Origin: Flavobacteriales bacterium 33_180_T64
GTDB lineage: Bacteria > Bacteroidota > Bacteroidia > Flavobacteriales > Flavobacteriaceae
Assembly: GCA_002162685.1 (NCBI GenBank)
Contig: MAAQ01000023.1
Span: 4,259-68,258 of the forward strand
Direction: 5' to 3'
DNA: 64,000 nucleotides
Shown here one piece after another: positions 38,352 through 48,854 of this stretch (position 1 is the stretch's first letter; each line of letters starts with the position of its first letter). Under the pieces are notes generated by a model. It was not told the DNA's origin. It saw nothing but the letters and a program-made list of their open reading frames with translations, and made no database searches. A program made the translations under genes and the position numbers.

Positions 38352-39365
38352 CTAGCTTATATTAGCCGATTTTACGGTTTTTATAATACGAGAAGCAATT
38401 TTATATGGGTCACCGTTAGATGCTGGGCGACGATCTTCTAGCCAGCCTTTCCAGCCATTTTCTACAGTTATAATAGGGATACGAATAGAGGCGCCTCTAT
38501 CTGAAACTCCGTAACTAAAATCGTTAATTGAAGCCGTTTCGTGTAAGCCTGTTAATCGTTGATCATTAAATTCGCCATAGATATCGATATGTTCATCAAC
38601 AACAGGTCTAAAGGCTTCGCATATTTTTTCATAAACTTCTTGGCTACCACAAGTTCTTAATGTTGTATTAGAGAAATTAGCATGCATACCAGAACCATTC
38701 CAGTCTCCTTTTACAGGTTTTGGATGGTAATCAATATAGTAACCATATTTTTCGGTTAAACGATCTAATAAGTAACGCGCAATCCAAATTTCGTCTCCAG
38801 CAATTTTTGCGCCTTTAGCAAACAATTGGAATTCCCATTGGCCCGAAGCAACTTCTTGATTAATGCCTTCAAAATTTAATCCAGCAGAAATACAGAGATC
38901 AGCATGTTCTTCAACAAAATCACGACCATGAGTATTTCTACCACCAACAGAGCAGTAGTACATGCCTTGAGGGCCTGGATATCCTCCAATAGGGAAGCCT
39001 AGAGGTAATTGTGTATGTGTATCCATGATGAAATATTCTTGCTCAAATCCAAACCAGAAATCATTGTCTTCATCTACAATTGTTGCTCTTGCATTTGACT
39101 CGTGTGGTGTTCCATCTACATTTAAAACTTCAGTCATTACTAAAAAACCATTAGCTCTAGCAGGATCTGGATAAATGGCTACAGGTTTTAATAAACAATC
39201 AGACGATCCGCCTACTGCTTGTCTTGTTGAACTCCCGTCAAATGACCAAATAGGACAGTCTTCTAGTTTTCCGCTAAAGTTGTTTTCAACTTTAGTCTTA
39301 CTTCTCATGTTTTGAGTTGGTTTATAACCATCTAACCAAATGTATTCTAACTTAGATTTGCTCAT
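38352..39365 (-). CDS. glnII: Glutamine synthetase type II
   Basis: LEYIWLDG, WSFDGSST, WFGFEQEY, WNGSGMH, DRGASIRIP, EDRRPASN. 337 aa. Confidence 0.9.
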   Translation of the reverse strand: MSKSKLEYIWLDGYKPTQNMRSKTKVENNFSGKLEDCPIWSFDGSSTRQAVGGSSDCLLKPVAIYPDPARANGFLVMTEVLNVDGTPHESNARATIVDEDNDFWFGFEQEYFIMDTHTQLPLGFPIGGYPGPQGMYYCSVGGRNTHGRDFVEEHADLCISAGLNFEGINQEVASGQWEFQLFAKGAKIAGDEIWIARYLLDRLTEKYGYYIDYHPKPVKGDWNGSGMHANFSNTTLRTCGSQEVYEKICEAFRPVVDEHIDIYGEFNDQRLTGLHETASINDFSYGVSDRGASIRIPIITVENGWKGWLEDRRPASNGDPYKIASRIIKTVKSANIS

Positions 39366-39427
39366 GCTGATTTAATTTTTAAAATTTAAAGTGCAAATAT
39401 TGTAATTTTTATGTTTCGGTCAAAAAA

Positions 39428-39530
39428 AATAGGGTTATTTTTAGTTAAATGTTATTAACAATTGTCAATGCCCTGATTTTTTAGGGGCAGATTGTTGTTT
39501 AAATGAAATATTTATTAAATTAGCCCTATT
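39428..39530. promoter_or_regulatory. Dyad-symmetric control region between divergent GSII and GSIII
   Basis: AATAGGGTTA (39428-39437) and TAGCCCTATT (39521-39530) share centre 39479 with the central TGCCCT-N8-AGGGGCA. Confidence 0.55.
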
Positions 39531-39553
39531 AAAATTATAAAATAATATTTATC

Positions 39554-41740
39554 ATGTCTACACTTAGATTTCATGCCTTAAAAGAAGTATTTAAACACAA
39601 ACCGCTTCAAGTTGAAGAAAATGTAAGGCGTTCTGAAATTTTTGGAGCTAATGTTTTTAATGAATCATCGATGCGGCAATATCTAACAAAAGATGCTTTT
39701 GATAATGTTATGGATGCTATAAGTAAAGGTTCAAAAATTGATAGAGCTATTGCTGATCATATTTCTACAGGAATGAAAGAATGGGCTTTGTCAAAAGGTG
39801 TTACACATTATACACACTGGTTTCAACCGTTAACAGGGGCAACAGCAGAAAAACATGATGCTTTTTTTGAAACGATTGGTAATGGCTTAGCAATAGAAAA
39901 GTTTGAGGGCGGACAACTCGTCCAACAGGAGCCTGATGCATCTAGCTTTCCAAATGGAGGAATTAGAAATACTTTTGAAGCTAGAGGGTATACAGCTTGG
40001 GATCCTACTTCTCCTGCATTTATCTACGGAACGACATTATGCATACCAACAGTATTTGTAGCATATACAGGAGAGGCTTTAGATTATAAAACGCCTTTAC
40101 TACGTGCACTTCAAGCAGTAGATTCGGCAGCTGTAGCTATTTGTAAGTACTTTGATAAAAATGTAAAAAAAGTCAATGCTTCATTAGGGTGGGAGCAAGA
40201 ATATTTTTTAATAGATAGTGGCTTGGCAATGTCCAGACCAGATATTGTATTAACTGGCCGAACCCTTTTAGGGCATTCTCCAGCTAAAGGTCAACAACTA
40301 GATGATCATTACTTCGGAACCATTCCCAACAGAGCAATGGCTTATATGCGTGATTTGGAAACAGAATGTATGTTACTTGGAATCCCTGTTAAAACTAGAC
40401 ATAATGAAGTAGCGCCAAACCAGTTTGAATTAGCTCCAATTTATGAAGAGGCTAATTTAGCAGTAGATCACAATTCTTTATTGATGGATGTGATGGATAA
40501 AATAGCTGAACGTCATAATTTCAAAGTATTATTTCATGAAAAACCTTTTGCAGGTGTAAATGGTTCTGGAAAGCATAACAATTGGAGTTTAGGAACCAAT
40601 ACAGGTGTTAATTTATTAAGTCCAGGAAAAACACCAATGAGCAATCTTCAGTTTTTAACATTTTTCATCAATACAATTAAAGCGGTTCATGACAATGAAG
40701 AATTATTAAGAGCTGCCATTGCATCAGCAAGTAATGATCATCGTTTAGGAGCAAATGAAGCACCACCTGCAATTATATCCGTATTTATTGGTGAGCAATT
40801 AACTAAAGTGCTAAATGAATTAGAAAATGTTACTCATGGAAAATTGTCTCCTCAAGAAAAAACCGATTTAAAGTTGAATGTGGTAGGTAAAATTCCTGAT
40901 GTATTACTCGATAATACAGATAGAAATCGTACATCTCCATTTGCATTTACTGGTAATAAATTTGAGTTTAGAGCAGTGGGTTCAACAGCTAATTGTGCAA
41001 ATTCAATGACGGTTTTAAATACGATTGTAGCAAAACAGTTAATAGATTTTAGAGATGAAGTTGAGCAACTCATTTCTAAAAAAGATATGAAAAAGGATGA
41101 TGCAATTTTTAATGTGCTTAGAGAGTATATTAAGAAATCTAAAACGATTCTTTTTGAAGGTAATGGTTATGGTGAAGCTTGGGAGAAAGAAGCTAAAAAA
41201 CGCGGACTTAGTAATAACAAAACAACACCAGAGGCATTAAAAGCGAAAGTGTCTAAAAAAGCAATTCGTCTTTTTGAAGATTTAGGAGTAATGAACAAAA
41301 CAGAATTGGAGGCACGTTACGAAATAGAAATGGAAGAATATGTATTGAGAATTCAAATAGAAGGAAGAGTTCTTGGTGATATTGCTCGTAATCATGTGGT
41401 TCCTACGGCCGTTCGTTACCAAAATATATTAATAGAAAATGTAAAAGGACTTAAAGAAATTTATGGCGCATCTTTTAAGAAAATAGCCAAAGAGCAACTA
41501 ATTTTAATCGAAGAGATTTCTAGTCATATTGAAGGTATTAATTCTAGTGTAACTAAAATGACTAATGAAAGAAGAAAGGCTAATGGTATCGAAAATTTAG
41601 AAAAGAAAGCTGATGCTTATTGTAATAAGGTAAAACCTCTTTTTGATGATATAAGATACCATTGCGATAAATTAGAGTTATTAGTTGATGACGAACTTTG
41701 GCCATTAACAAAGTATCGAGAATTATTATTTACTAAGTAA
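39554..41740 (+). CDS. glnN: Glutamine synthetase type III
   Basis: 728 aa, HYTHWFQPLTG, EPDASSFP, HNEVAPNQFE, NGSGKHNNW, DRNRTSPFAFTGNKFEFR. Confidence 0.94.
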   Translation: MSTLRFHALKEVFKHKPLQVEENVRRSEIFGANVFNESSMRQYLTKDAFDNVMDAISKGSKIDRAIADHISTGMKEWALSKGVTHYTHWFQPLTGATAEKHDAFFETIGNGLAIEKFEGGQLVQQEPDASSFPNGGIRNTFEARGYTAWDPTSPAFIYGTTLCIPTVFVAYTGEALDYKTPLLRALQAVDSAAVAICKYFDKNVKKVNASLGWEQEYFLIDSGLAMSRPDIVLTGRTLLGHSPAKGQQLDDHYFGTIPNRAMAYMRDLETECMLLGIPVKTRHNEVAPNQFELAPIYEEANLAVDHNSLLMDVMDKIAERHNFKVLFHEKPFAGVNGSGKHNNWSLGTNTGVNLLSPGKTPMSNLQFLTFFINTIKAVHDNEELLRAAIASASNDHRLGANEAPPAIISVFIGEQLTKVLNELENVTHGKLSPQEKTDLKLNVVGKIPDVLLDNTDRNRTSPFAFTGNKFEFRAVGSTANCANSMTVLNTIVAKQLIDFRDEVEQLISKKDMKKDDAIFNVLREYIKKSKTILFEGNGYGEAWEKEAKKRGLSNNKTTPEALKAKVSKKAIRLFEDLGVMNKTELEARYEIEMEEYVLRIQIEGRVLGDIARNHVVPTAVRYQNILIENVKGLKEIYGASFKKIAKEQLILIEEISSHIEGINSSVTKMTNERRKANGIENLEKKADAYCNKVKPLFDDIRYHCDKLELLVDDELWPLTKYRELLFTK

Positions 41741-41756
41741 GTGTTTAAACTAAGTT

Positions 41757-41786
41757 AAAAAAAACCTCATTTAATGAGGTTTTTTA
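41757..41786 (+). terminator. Terminator after GSIII
   Basis: AAAAAACCTCAT-TTA-ATGAGGTTTTTT. Confidence 0.8.
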
Positions 41787-41958
41787 TATTTTATAAGTTA
41801 TCCTAATGCTAACAGATACGTAGAGTTACGTAGATATAAATGAGATTAATGTATTTCAACGCATTAATTTATCAAGTAATCGAAAATATAGTTAAACCTA
41901 TACACACACAGGCATAAATGGTTAAATTTGTAGTGCTATTAATCAATTTTTTGTAATA

Positions 41959-42150
41959 ATGAAGAAGTTACTACTAAGTGTAGCAGCACTTATGTTTGCT
42001 ACCTTGTTGTTTTCTCAGGACGATTCTAACGACGTAAAAGATGACCTTACACAGGACAACGTTGTTAAAACTGAAGCGAGATTTCAAGCAGAATCGTAAA
42101 TGATTTTTGATGCTTACAAAATTATTGGCATTGTTATTAATGCCAACTAA
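41959..42150 (+). pseudogene. Truncated secreted-protein gene (possible curlin remnant)
   Basis: MKKLLLSVAALMFATLLFSQ signal peptide, TAA after 46 codons, then 16 further in-frame codons. It has its own TAAATTTG promoter box and terminator (42152-42184). Confidence 0.5.
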
Positions 42151-42320
42151 AAAGACAAATGGATTTTAAAATCCATTTGTCTTTTTTTATGTATAAAATT
42201 AATTTCATTTAAAATGTAACTCGTTGATAATTAATTTTTTATATTGTCAATTCTTTTGCCTAGATCTTTTGAACTCAAAGTTACTTTGTTGTTGGTTTAG
42301 TTTAACCAAAACAAAATTTG

Positions 42321-42998
42321 ATGATAGCACTATTAATTCGTTTCCACTTGCTAATACTAGTAATGTGTCTTGTAGGAGGTCAGGCCAATGCACAAGAGCA
42401 AGGCGATATTTCAAAGCCAAAAACCAAATTTTATGATTTAAGAGGTACTAATGCATTTGATGCTGTATTAGGGACTTCAGTTATTAATGGAGATTTTGTA
42501 GATCCAATGTTTGAAATTTATACCCATTTTGGTTATAAGAGGCATTTAACACCACATCTTTCAATAGACTTTGGTTACCATAAATTCAATTTAGCATACA
42601 TAGATACATTTAATGAAGGTTTTATGTCTTTTGATTTAAATGTAGAGTTGATAATGATCCCTCATGAACGCTTTTCTCCGTTTATATTTGCAGGAGCAGG
42701 ATATAATGCTTCAAATCATTTTAAACAAACGGCTCCTAAAGTTCAGGGAGGAATTGGTCTAGAATGTGTTGTTTCAAATCAATTTGCACTTAAACTATGC
42801 GCAGATTATAATTATGTGTCTAGTGATACACTTGATGATTTAGAAGCAGGAGCATCAGATGACACCTATTTTAGAATAGCCTTTGGTGTAAACTTATATT
42901 TTGGAGGTGCAGAAAAGAAAGCCAAGATATTAAAAGATTATTCTACAGAAATTGAGTCAAATTCAATAACTGATGATAAAAATAGACCTAAATTGTAA
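42321..42998 (+). CDS. Outer-membrane beta-barrel domain protein
   Basis: Signal peptide and strands SPFIFAGAGY, GGIGLE, RIAFGVNLYF. Confidence 0.7.
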   Translation: MIALLIRFHLLILVMCLVGGQANAQEQGDISKPKTKFYDLRGTNAFDAVLGTSVINGDFVDPMFEIYTHFGYKRHLTPHLSIDFGYHKFNLAYIDTFNEGFMSFDLNVELIMIPHERFSPFIFAGAGYNASNHFKQTAPKVQGGIGLECVVSNQFALKLCADYNYVSSDTLDDLEAGASDDTYFRIAFGVNLYFGGAEKKAKILKDYSTEIESNSITDDKNRPKL

Positions 42999-43034
42999 TT
43001 AACAATTCTTATTTTTGTGGTTTAAAACAAATCC

Positions 43035-44213
43035 ATGAGTCAAGATATTAGTAAACGATATGCCCTTAGAGGTGTTTCTGCCTCTAAAGAAGATGTGCAT
43101 AATGCTATCAAGAATATAGATAAAGGACTATTTCCAAAGGCATTTTGCAAAATTGTACCAGATTATTTAACTAATGATGATGCGTATTGTTTAATTATGC
43201 ATGCTGATGGCGCAGGAACTAAAAGTTCTTTGGCATATATGTATTGGAAAGAAACTGGTGATATTTCGGTTTGGAAAGGCATTGCTCAAGATGCATTAAT
43301 AATGAATATTGACGATTTATTATGTGTAGGAGCTACAGATAATATTATGTTATCGTCTACAATTGGCCGTAACAAAAATGTAATTCCTGGCGATGTTATT
43401 TCGGCAATTATTAATGGTACCGAAGCGCTTATTCAAGATTTAAAAACCTTTGGAGTAACGATTCATTCTACAGGAGGCGAAACTGCCGATGTTGGTGATT
43501 TGGTACGTACAATTATTGTAGATTCTACGGTTACAGCTCGTATGAAGCGTAGTGATGTTATTGATAATGCAAATATTAAAGCAGGAGATGTTATTGTAGG
43601 TTTAGAAAGTTTTGGGCAAGCAACTTATGAAAAAGACTATAATGGAGGTATGGGAAGTAATGGATTGACATCTGCACGGCATGATGTGTTTCACAAGTAT
43701 CTAGCTGAAAAATATCCTGAAAGTTTTGATGCTGCTGTTCCTGAAGATTTAGTGTATTCTGGGCAAACAAAACTTACAGACGATGTTGAGAATTCACCAA
43801 TTGATGCAGGTAAATTAGTGCTGTCTCCAACGCGTACCTATGCACCAATTATAAAAGCAATATTATCTAAATTTTCTTCTGAAACCTTACACGGAATGAT
43901 ACATTGTTCTGGAGGTGCGCAAACGAAAATACTTCATTTCATTGATGATTTACATATTGTAAAAGACAATATGTTCGACGTTCCGCCATTGTTTAAATTA
44001 ATTCAAGAGCAATCAAAAACAGATTGGAAAGAGATGTATCAGGTGTTTAATTGTGGACATCGTATGGAACTATATGTTACTCCAAAAATAGCTGAAGAGA
44101 TTATAACAATTTCAAAATCATTTAATGTTAATGCTCAAATTATAGGTCGCGTAGAAGCTTCCGAAGAAAAAAAGCTTACTATTAAGAGTGAGTTTGGTGT
44201 TTTTGAGTATTAA
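43035..44213 (+). CDS. purM: AIR synthase (Bacteroidota-type PurM)
   Basis: RGVSASKEDV, HADGAGTK, GGETADVGD, GSNGLTSARH, FNCGHRME. Confidence 0.85.
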   Translation: MSQDISKRYALRGVSASKEDVHNAIKNIDKGLFPKAFCKIVPDYLTNDDAYCLIMHADGAGTKSSLAYMYWKETGDISVWKGIAQDALIMNIDDLLCVGATDNIMLSSTIGRNKNVIPGDVISAIINGTEALIQDLKTFGVTIHSTGGETADVGDLVRTIIVDSTVTARMKRSDVIDNANIKAGDVIVGLESFGQATYEKDYNGGMGSNGLTSARHDVFHKYLAEKYPESFDAAVPEDLVYSGQTKLTDDVENSPIDAGKLVLSPTRTYAPIIKAILSKFSSETLHGMIHCSGGAQTKILHFIDDLHIVKDNMFDVPPLFKLIQEQSKTDWKEMYQVFNCGHRMELYVTPKIAEEIITISKSFNVNAQIIGRVEASEEKKLTIKSEFGVFEY

Positions 44214-44500
44214 ATAAATCCTTTGATTAGAAGTAAGAATATTGTGGTTATTAAGCCATCAAATAGATAAATGACTGTAAAAAATTTAATATTAGAGACG
44301 CCTCTAATTTTGTAAAAACGTAGACGTTGTCTTATCTTTCTGTCGCTAATCATAAACCATAATACAAATACTAAGAAGAGTTTTGTTGATAAGGCTAAAA
44401 TAAGTTCAGGGTTAATCATAGTGATTCCTAAGGTTACAATAAACGACCATAAAGCCATAGACTTGTAGTAGTTTAGTATAGATTTTACTTGCTTTTGCAT
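44210..44500 (-). CDS. Hypothetical membrane protein
   Basis: 96 aa with three hydrophobic segments. Its stop overlaps the purM stop. Confidence 0.6.
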   Translation of the reverse strand: MQKQVKSILNYYKSMALWSFIVTLGITMINPELILALSTKLFLVFVLWFMISDRKIRQRLRFYKIRGVSNIKFFTVIYLFDGLITTIFLLLIKGFI

Positions 44501-44610
44501 GAGGATATAACGTCAATAAGTAGAAGAATATTTTTCAATGTAGTTACAAGTTATTCACTATGACGAATCCATAAATTATCGTATTTTTGAATCACAATTT
44601 TAGAAGATAG

Positions 44611-45687
44611 ATGTTAGAGAAATTACAAATAATAAAACAACGCTTTGATGAGGTGAGTGATTTAATCATTCAACCAGATATTATTACAGATCAAAAACGC
44701 TACGTTCAACTTAATAAAGAATATAAAGATTTACGCTTGTTAATGGATAAACGTGAGTTATATATAGAGCTTACTGATAATTTAAAAGAGGCTGAAGACA
44801 TTATTTCTGATGGAAGTGATGCAGAAATGGTTGAAATGGCTAAACTGCAATATGACGAAGCTAAGGTTGGGATTCCAAAACTGGAAGACGAAATACGGTT
44901 TTTACTAATCCCTAAAGACCCAGAAGACTCTAAAAATGCAGTTGTCGAACTTCGAGCAGGAACAGGTGGTGATGAAGCGAGTATTTTTGCCGGTGATTTA
45001 TACAGAATGTATACAAAATACTGTGAAAGTAAAGGCTGGAAAGTAGATACTGTAGATTATAGTGAAGGAACCAATGGTGGGTTTAAGGAAATTCAGTTTG
45101 AAGTTTCTGGAGACGATGTTTACGGAACGTTGAAATTTGAAGCTGGTGTGCATCGGGTGCAACGTGTACCGCAAACTGAAACACAAGGTCGCGTGCATAC
45201 AAGTGCAGCAACTTGTATGGTATTTCCTGAAGCTGAAGAATTTGATGTGGAAATTAATCCAAAAGAAGTACGTATTGATTTTTTCTGTTCATCTGGTCCA
45301 GGAGGTCAGTCGGTAAACACAACATATTCCGCAGTTCGATTAACACACGAGCCTACAGGATTAGTAGCCCAATGTCAAGATCAAAAATCACAACATAAAA
45401 ATAAAGAAAAAGCTTTTAAAGTATTACGTTCACGTTTGTATGATTTAGAATTAGCAAAAAAGAACGAAGCAGATGCAGAAAAACGTGGAAGTATGGTGAC
45501 ATCTGGTGATAGAAGTGCTAAAATTAGAACTTATAATTATCCACAAGGTCGTGTAACCGATCATAGAATAGGATTAACACTTTACGATTTGCAAAATATC
45601 ATAAATGGAGATGTTCAAAAAATAATTGACGAACTCATGCTAGCCGAAAATACTGAAAAGTTAAAAGCTAGTGACGAACATATATAA
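44611..45687 (+). CDS. prfA: Peptide chain release factor 1
   Basis: PQT tripeptide (RVPQTE), [17 protein letters not shown]. Confidence 0.97.
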   Translation: MLEKLQIIKQRFDEVSDLIIQPDIITDQKRYVQLNKEYKDLRLLMDKRELYIELTDNLKEAEDIISDGSDAEMVEMAKLQYDEAKVGIPKLEDEIRFLLIPKDPEDSKNAVVELRAGTGGDEASIFAGDLYRMYTKYCESKGWKVDTVDYSEGTNGGFKEIQFEVSGDDVYGTLKFEAGVHRVQRVPQTETQGRVHTSAATCMVFPEAEEFDVEINPKEVRIDFFCSSGPGGQSVNTTYSAVRLTHEPTGLVAQCQDQKSQHKNKEKAFKVLRSRLYDLELAKKNEADAEKRGSMVTSGDRSAKIRTYNYPQGRVTDHRIGLTLYDLQNIINGDVQKIIDELMLAENTEKLKASDEHI

Positions 45688-45719
45688 ACTTTAGAGCCTC
45701 TTTTTGAGGCTTTTTTAAT

Positions 45720-46532
45720 ATGACAACACAACAGCTTACCGAACAAATCAAGAAAAAGAACTCCTTTCTATGTATTGGATTGGACGTTGATTTAAATAAA
45801 ATCCCGAAACATTTATTAGAAGAGGAAGATCCAATTTATGCCTTTAATAAAGCTATTATTGATGCCACACATCATTTGTGTGTTGCTTACAAGCCTAACA
45901 CAGCATTTTACGAAGCTTATGGTTTAAAAGGATGGAAAGCTCTTGAGAAGACGATAAAGTACCTTAACGAAAAGCATCCTGAAATTTTTACTATTGCAGA
46001 TGCAAAACGTGGTGATATAGGAAATACAAGTACAATGTATGCTAAAGCATTTTTTGAAGATTTAGCATTTGATAGTGTAACTGTTGCTCCTTATATGGGG
46101 AAAGATTCTGTAGAACCATTTCTTGCATTCGAAAATAAACACACTATTATGTTAGCTTTAACGTCTAATGAAGGTGCTTTTGATTTTCAAACAAAGACTA
46201 TAGATGGAAATGAATTGTATAAACAGGTTTTAGAGACTTCTAAGTCTTGGAAGAATTCTGAAAACTTAATGTACGTTGTTGGAGCCACTAAAGCTGAGTT
46301 TTTAGCAGATATTAGACAGATTATTCCAGATTCTTTTTTATTGGTTCCAGGAGTTGGAGCGCAAGGAGGAAACCTGCAAGACGTTTGTAAATATGGAATG
46401 AATGATGCTATCGGTTTGTTAATCAATTCTTCTAGAGGAATTATTTATGCCTCGCAGAATGAAGATTTTGCTCAAGCTGCTGCTATTAAAGCCGAAGCTC
46501 TTCAAAAGCAAATGAAACTTATATTATCTTAA
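45720..46532 (+). CDS. pyrF: Orotidine 5'-phosphate decarboxylase (type 2)
   Basis: [36 protein letters not shown]. Confidence 0.96.
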   Translation: MTTQQLTEQIKKKNSFLCIGLDVDLNKIPKHLLEEEDPIYAFNKAIIDATHHLCVAYKPNTAFYEAYGLKGWKALEKTIKYLNEKHPEIFTIADAKRGDIGNTSTMYAKAFFEDLAFDSVTVAPYMGKDSVEPFLAFENKHTIMLALTSNEGAFDFQTKTIDGNELYKQVLETSKSWKNSENLMYVVGATKAEFLADIRQIIPDSFLLVPGVGAQGGNLQDVCKYGMNDAIGLLINSSRGIIYASQNEDFAQAAAIKAEALQKQMKLILS

Positions 46533-46569
46533 TTAAAATCATTGGACCAAATTAAATTTGGTAGTACAT

Positions 46570-47349
46570 ATGATCTGTAAAGACCAACTTAATAGAGTTA
46601 TTCATATAGACGATACACCAAAACGAATCGTGTCGTTAGTGCCTTCTCAGACCGAATTATTAGTAGATTTAGGTTTAGAGTCTTCAATAGTGGGTATCAC
46701 TAAATTTTGCATACATCCAAAATATTTGCGAAAAGAGAAAACAGTTGTAGGCGGAACTAAACAAGTCAGTTTTGAGAAAATTAAAGCTTTAAACCCTGAT
46801 ATCATTCTTTGTAATAAAGAAGAAAACACTAAGGAAATGCTTATTGAGCTTGAAGATATTGCTTCAGTTCATATGAGTGATATTTATAATGTTAAAGATA
46901 CTTTAGCTCTTATTAGTATGTATGGTGAGTTGTTTTCAGTAGAAAGGAAAGCTGATCTTTTAATTTGGGATATTAAAAATCAATATCAAGAGTTTCAAAA
47001 TTATATTCATACGAAACCAATATTAAAAGTAGCCTATTTTATTTGGAAAAAGCCATGGATGGTCGCTGCGAAACATACGTTTATTGATGCGCTATTGACG
47101 TTAAACAACTTTGAAAATACTTTTGACACATTAGAACGTTACCCTGAAGTTGATTTGGATATTATAAATCGTAATGTAGATATAATTATGTTGTCTAGTG
47201 AGCCTTATCCATTTAAAGACAAAGATATTGATGAATTAAGAATGCAATTTTTAAACACTAAGATTATGTTAGTTGATGGTGAATTTTTCTCTTGGTATGG
47301 TTCCAGATTAAAAAAGGCCTTTAAGTATTTTAAAACACTTCATGAATAG
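46570..47349 (+). CDS. Helical-backbone metal/cobalamin-binding protein (BtuF-like)
   Basis: RIVSLVPSQTE, VGGTK, NKEEN, VDGEFFSWYGSR. Confidence 0.8.
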   Translation: MICKDQLNRVIHIDDTPKRIVSLVPSQTELLVDLGLESSIVGITKFCIHPKYLRKEKTVVGGTKQVSFEKIKALNPDIILCNKEENTKEMLIELEDIASVHMSDIYNVKDTLALISMYGELFSVERKADLLIWDIKNQYQEFQNYIHTKPILKVAYFIWKKPWMVAAKHTFIDALLTLNNFENTFDTLERYPEVDLDIINRNVDIIMLSSEPYPFKDKDIDELRMQFLNTKIMLVDGEFFSWYGSRLKKAFKYFKTLHE

Positions 47350-47413
47350 TAATCAACTTCTCAATATTTAATTTCTTGTGTGATGCTATTAAAACATCGA
47401 TAAGCTTAGAATA

Positions 47414-47614
47414 TTAATTTTGCTGTAAAATTGAATGATCTCGATTTAAGTATTTGATTTTGTTTATTTTGTGAAGGAGTTTGATTGCTTTGTATTCTGA
47501 AATATCACTTAAGGCAGAATCAGTTTGACGAAAATTATAAGCTTGCTCTATAAGGGATTTGTATCGAGCTAGTAACAAACTTTGGTTATTAATATTTTTT
47601 TTTGTGTATTTCAT
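47414..47614 (-). CDS. Small helical hypothetical protein (Lacal_2735-like, tentative)
   Basis: About 66 aa, LLARYKSLIEQAYNF...SDISEYKA. A promoter-like TAAATTGCA lies upstream. Confidence 0.6.
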   Translation of the reverse strand: MKYTKKNINNQSLLLARYKSLIEQAYNFRQTDSALSDISEYKAIKLLHKINKIKYLNRDHSILQQN

Positions 47615-47684
47615 CACAAAGTGAATTGGCTATTAAATTTAAGTAAAAAATTGCAATTTAGCACTATAATCTGCTAATTATGTT

Positions 47685-47770
47685 AATAAAAAATCGGCCT
47701 ATAGCTTAGACCGATTTATAATTACTGATTTAATTTAACTGAATAATGAAGTGTATTATTCTTAACTAAC
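47685..47770 (-). ncRNA. Candidate orphan sRNA
   Basis: Minus-strand terminator ATCGGTCTA-AGCTA-TAGGCCGAT-T6. The upstream gene already has its own terminator. A -7-like CATTTTTGCA lies at 47774-47783. Confidence 0.35.
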
Positions 47771-47862
47771 TAGTGCAAAAATGCGTTTTATTTGAACGTT
47801 TAATGTTATGCTAATATTAGCATAATATTAAATGTTATTACAATAATTTTAATGTGGAGTAC

Positions 47863-47895
47863 AAAAAAAACAGAATACCTAGATATTCTGTTTTT
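47863..47895 (-). terminator. Terminator after DUF4197 gene
   Basis: AAAAACAGAATA-CCTAGA-TATTCTGTTTTT. Confidence 0.8.
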
Positions 47896-47915
47896 ATACT
47901 TGATTAATATTTGCC

Positions 47916-48623
47916 TTAATCTTGAAGCGCAAATACTTTTTTTAATAGCGTTGTTGTTCTTGAAGATACTTTAGTTCTAATTTCTTTTTCTTCAACAGCA
48001 ATCATAGTGTAAACACCTTTTAAAGCCTCACCAGTAACATAATCTGTGAGATCTGGATTAACATTATTTGTAAATGGAATGGCATTGTATTTACTAATAA
48101 GATTAGACCAAATTTGATCTGCACCAACTTTGCTAAAGGATTTATTAATAACAGGTTTAAACTTATTATAAAGTTCGGTTTGTGTTTTACTAGTTAAATA
48201 TTGTGTTGCAGCAGCATCGTTTCCTAATAATATGTTTTTAGCATCATTAAAGGTGATATCTTTAACAGCATTTATAAATATTGGTGTGGCTTCACTTACG
48301 GCATCTTCTGCAGCTCTGTTAAGTACCTTTAGTCCTTCATCAGCTAAGTTTCCTAATCCAATATCACGTAAGCCTTTGTCTACTTTTTGTAATTCTTCAG
48401 GAAGTAAAATTTTAACAAGTTCATTCTTAAAAAAACCATCTTTTTGAGTGAGTTTACTTACTTGTTTATCAATACCTAAATCTAAAGCTTGTCGTAAGCC
48501 TGAAGCAATATCTGTATTGCTCAAAACACCTCCTCCTTGAGGAAGACTATTAACAACGTCTTGTAACTCTGCACAAGCAGTAAGATTGAAAATGAGGGCG
48601 AAAACTAAAAATTTACGAATCAT
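47916..48623 (-). CDS. DUF4197 family lipoprotein
   Basis: LTAC lipobox, GLRQAL, ILLPEEL, LNRAAEDA, EEKEIR. Confidence 0.88.
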   Translation of the reverse strand: MIRKFLVFALIFNLTACAELQDVVNSLPQGGGVLSNTDIASGLRQALDLGIDKQVSKLTQKDGFFKNELVKILLPEELQKVDKGLRDIGLGNLADEGLKVLNRAAEDAVSEATPIFINAVKDITFNDAKNILLGNDAAATQYLTSKTQTELYNKFKPVINKSFSKVGADQIWSNLISKYNAIPFTNNVNPDLTDYVTGEALKGVYTMIAVEEKEIRTKVSSRTTTLLKKVFALQD

Positions 48624-48854
48624 GGTTTTGGGTTTTTTAATAGTTTACAAATATAGATATTTCATTCATTTATAACTTATTAATCGGGTATTAAAGAACC
48701 CAAGTGCCTGAAAAAAGACAATTAAAAACGAGCTATAATTAGTAAAAGAAAAGAGGCATACTTTGAATTATAAAATGAAAATGAAATAAATTAACATAAA
48801 ATGCTATTTTAGCACAATAGTTGTTAGTATAAAGGGAGTTATAAAAACAAGTAA

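Noticed and set aside
25425-44570. Shared 11-mer TATGACGAATC at about 25425 and 44560 as an ECF -10 element
   Set aside because: The upstream -35 positions do not match each other or the GCATC site, and two copies in AT-rich DNA could be chance.
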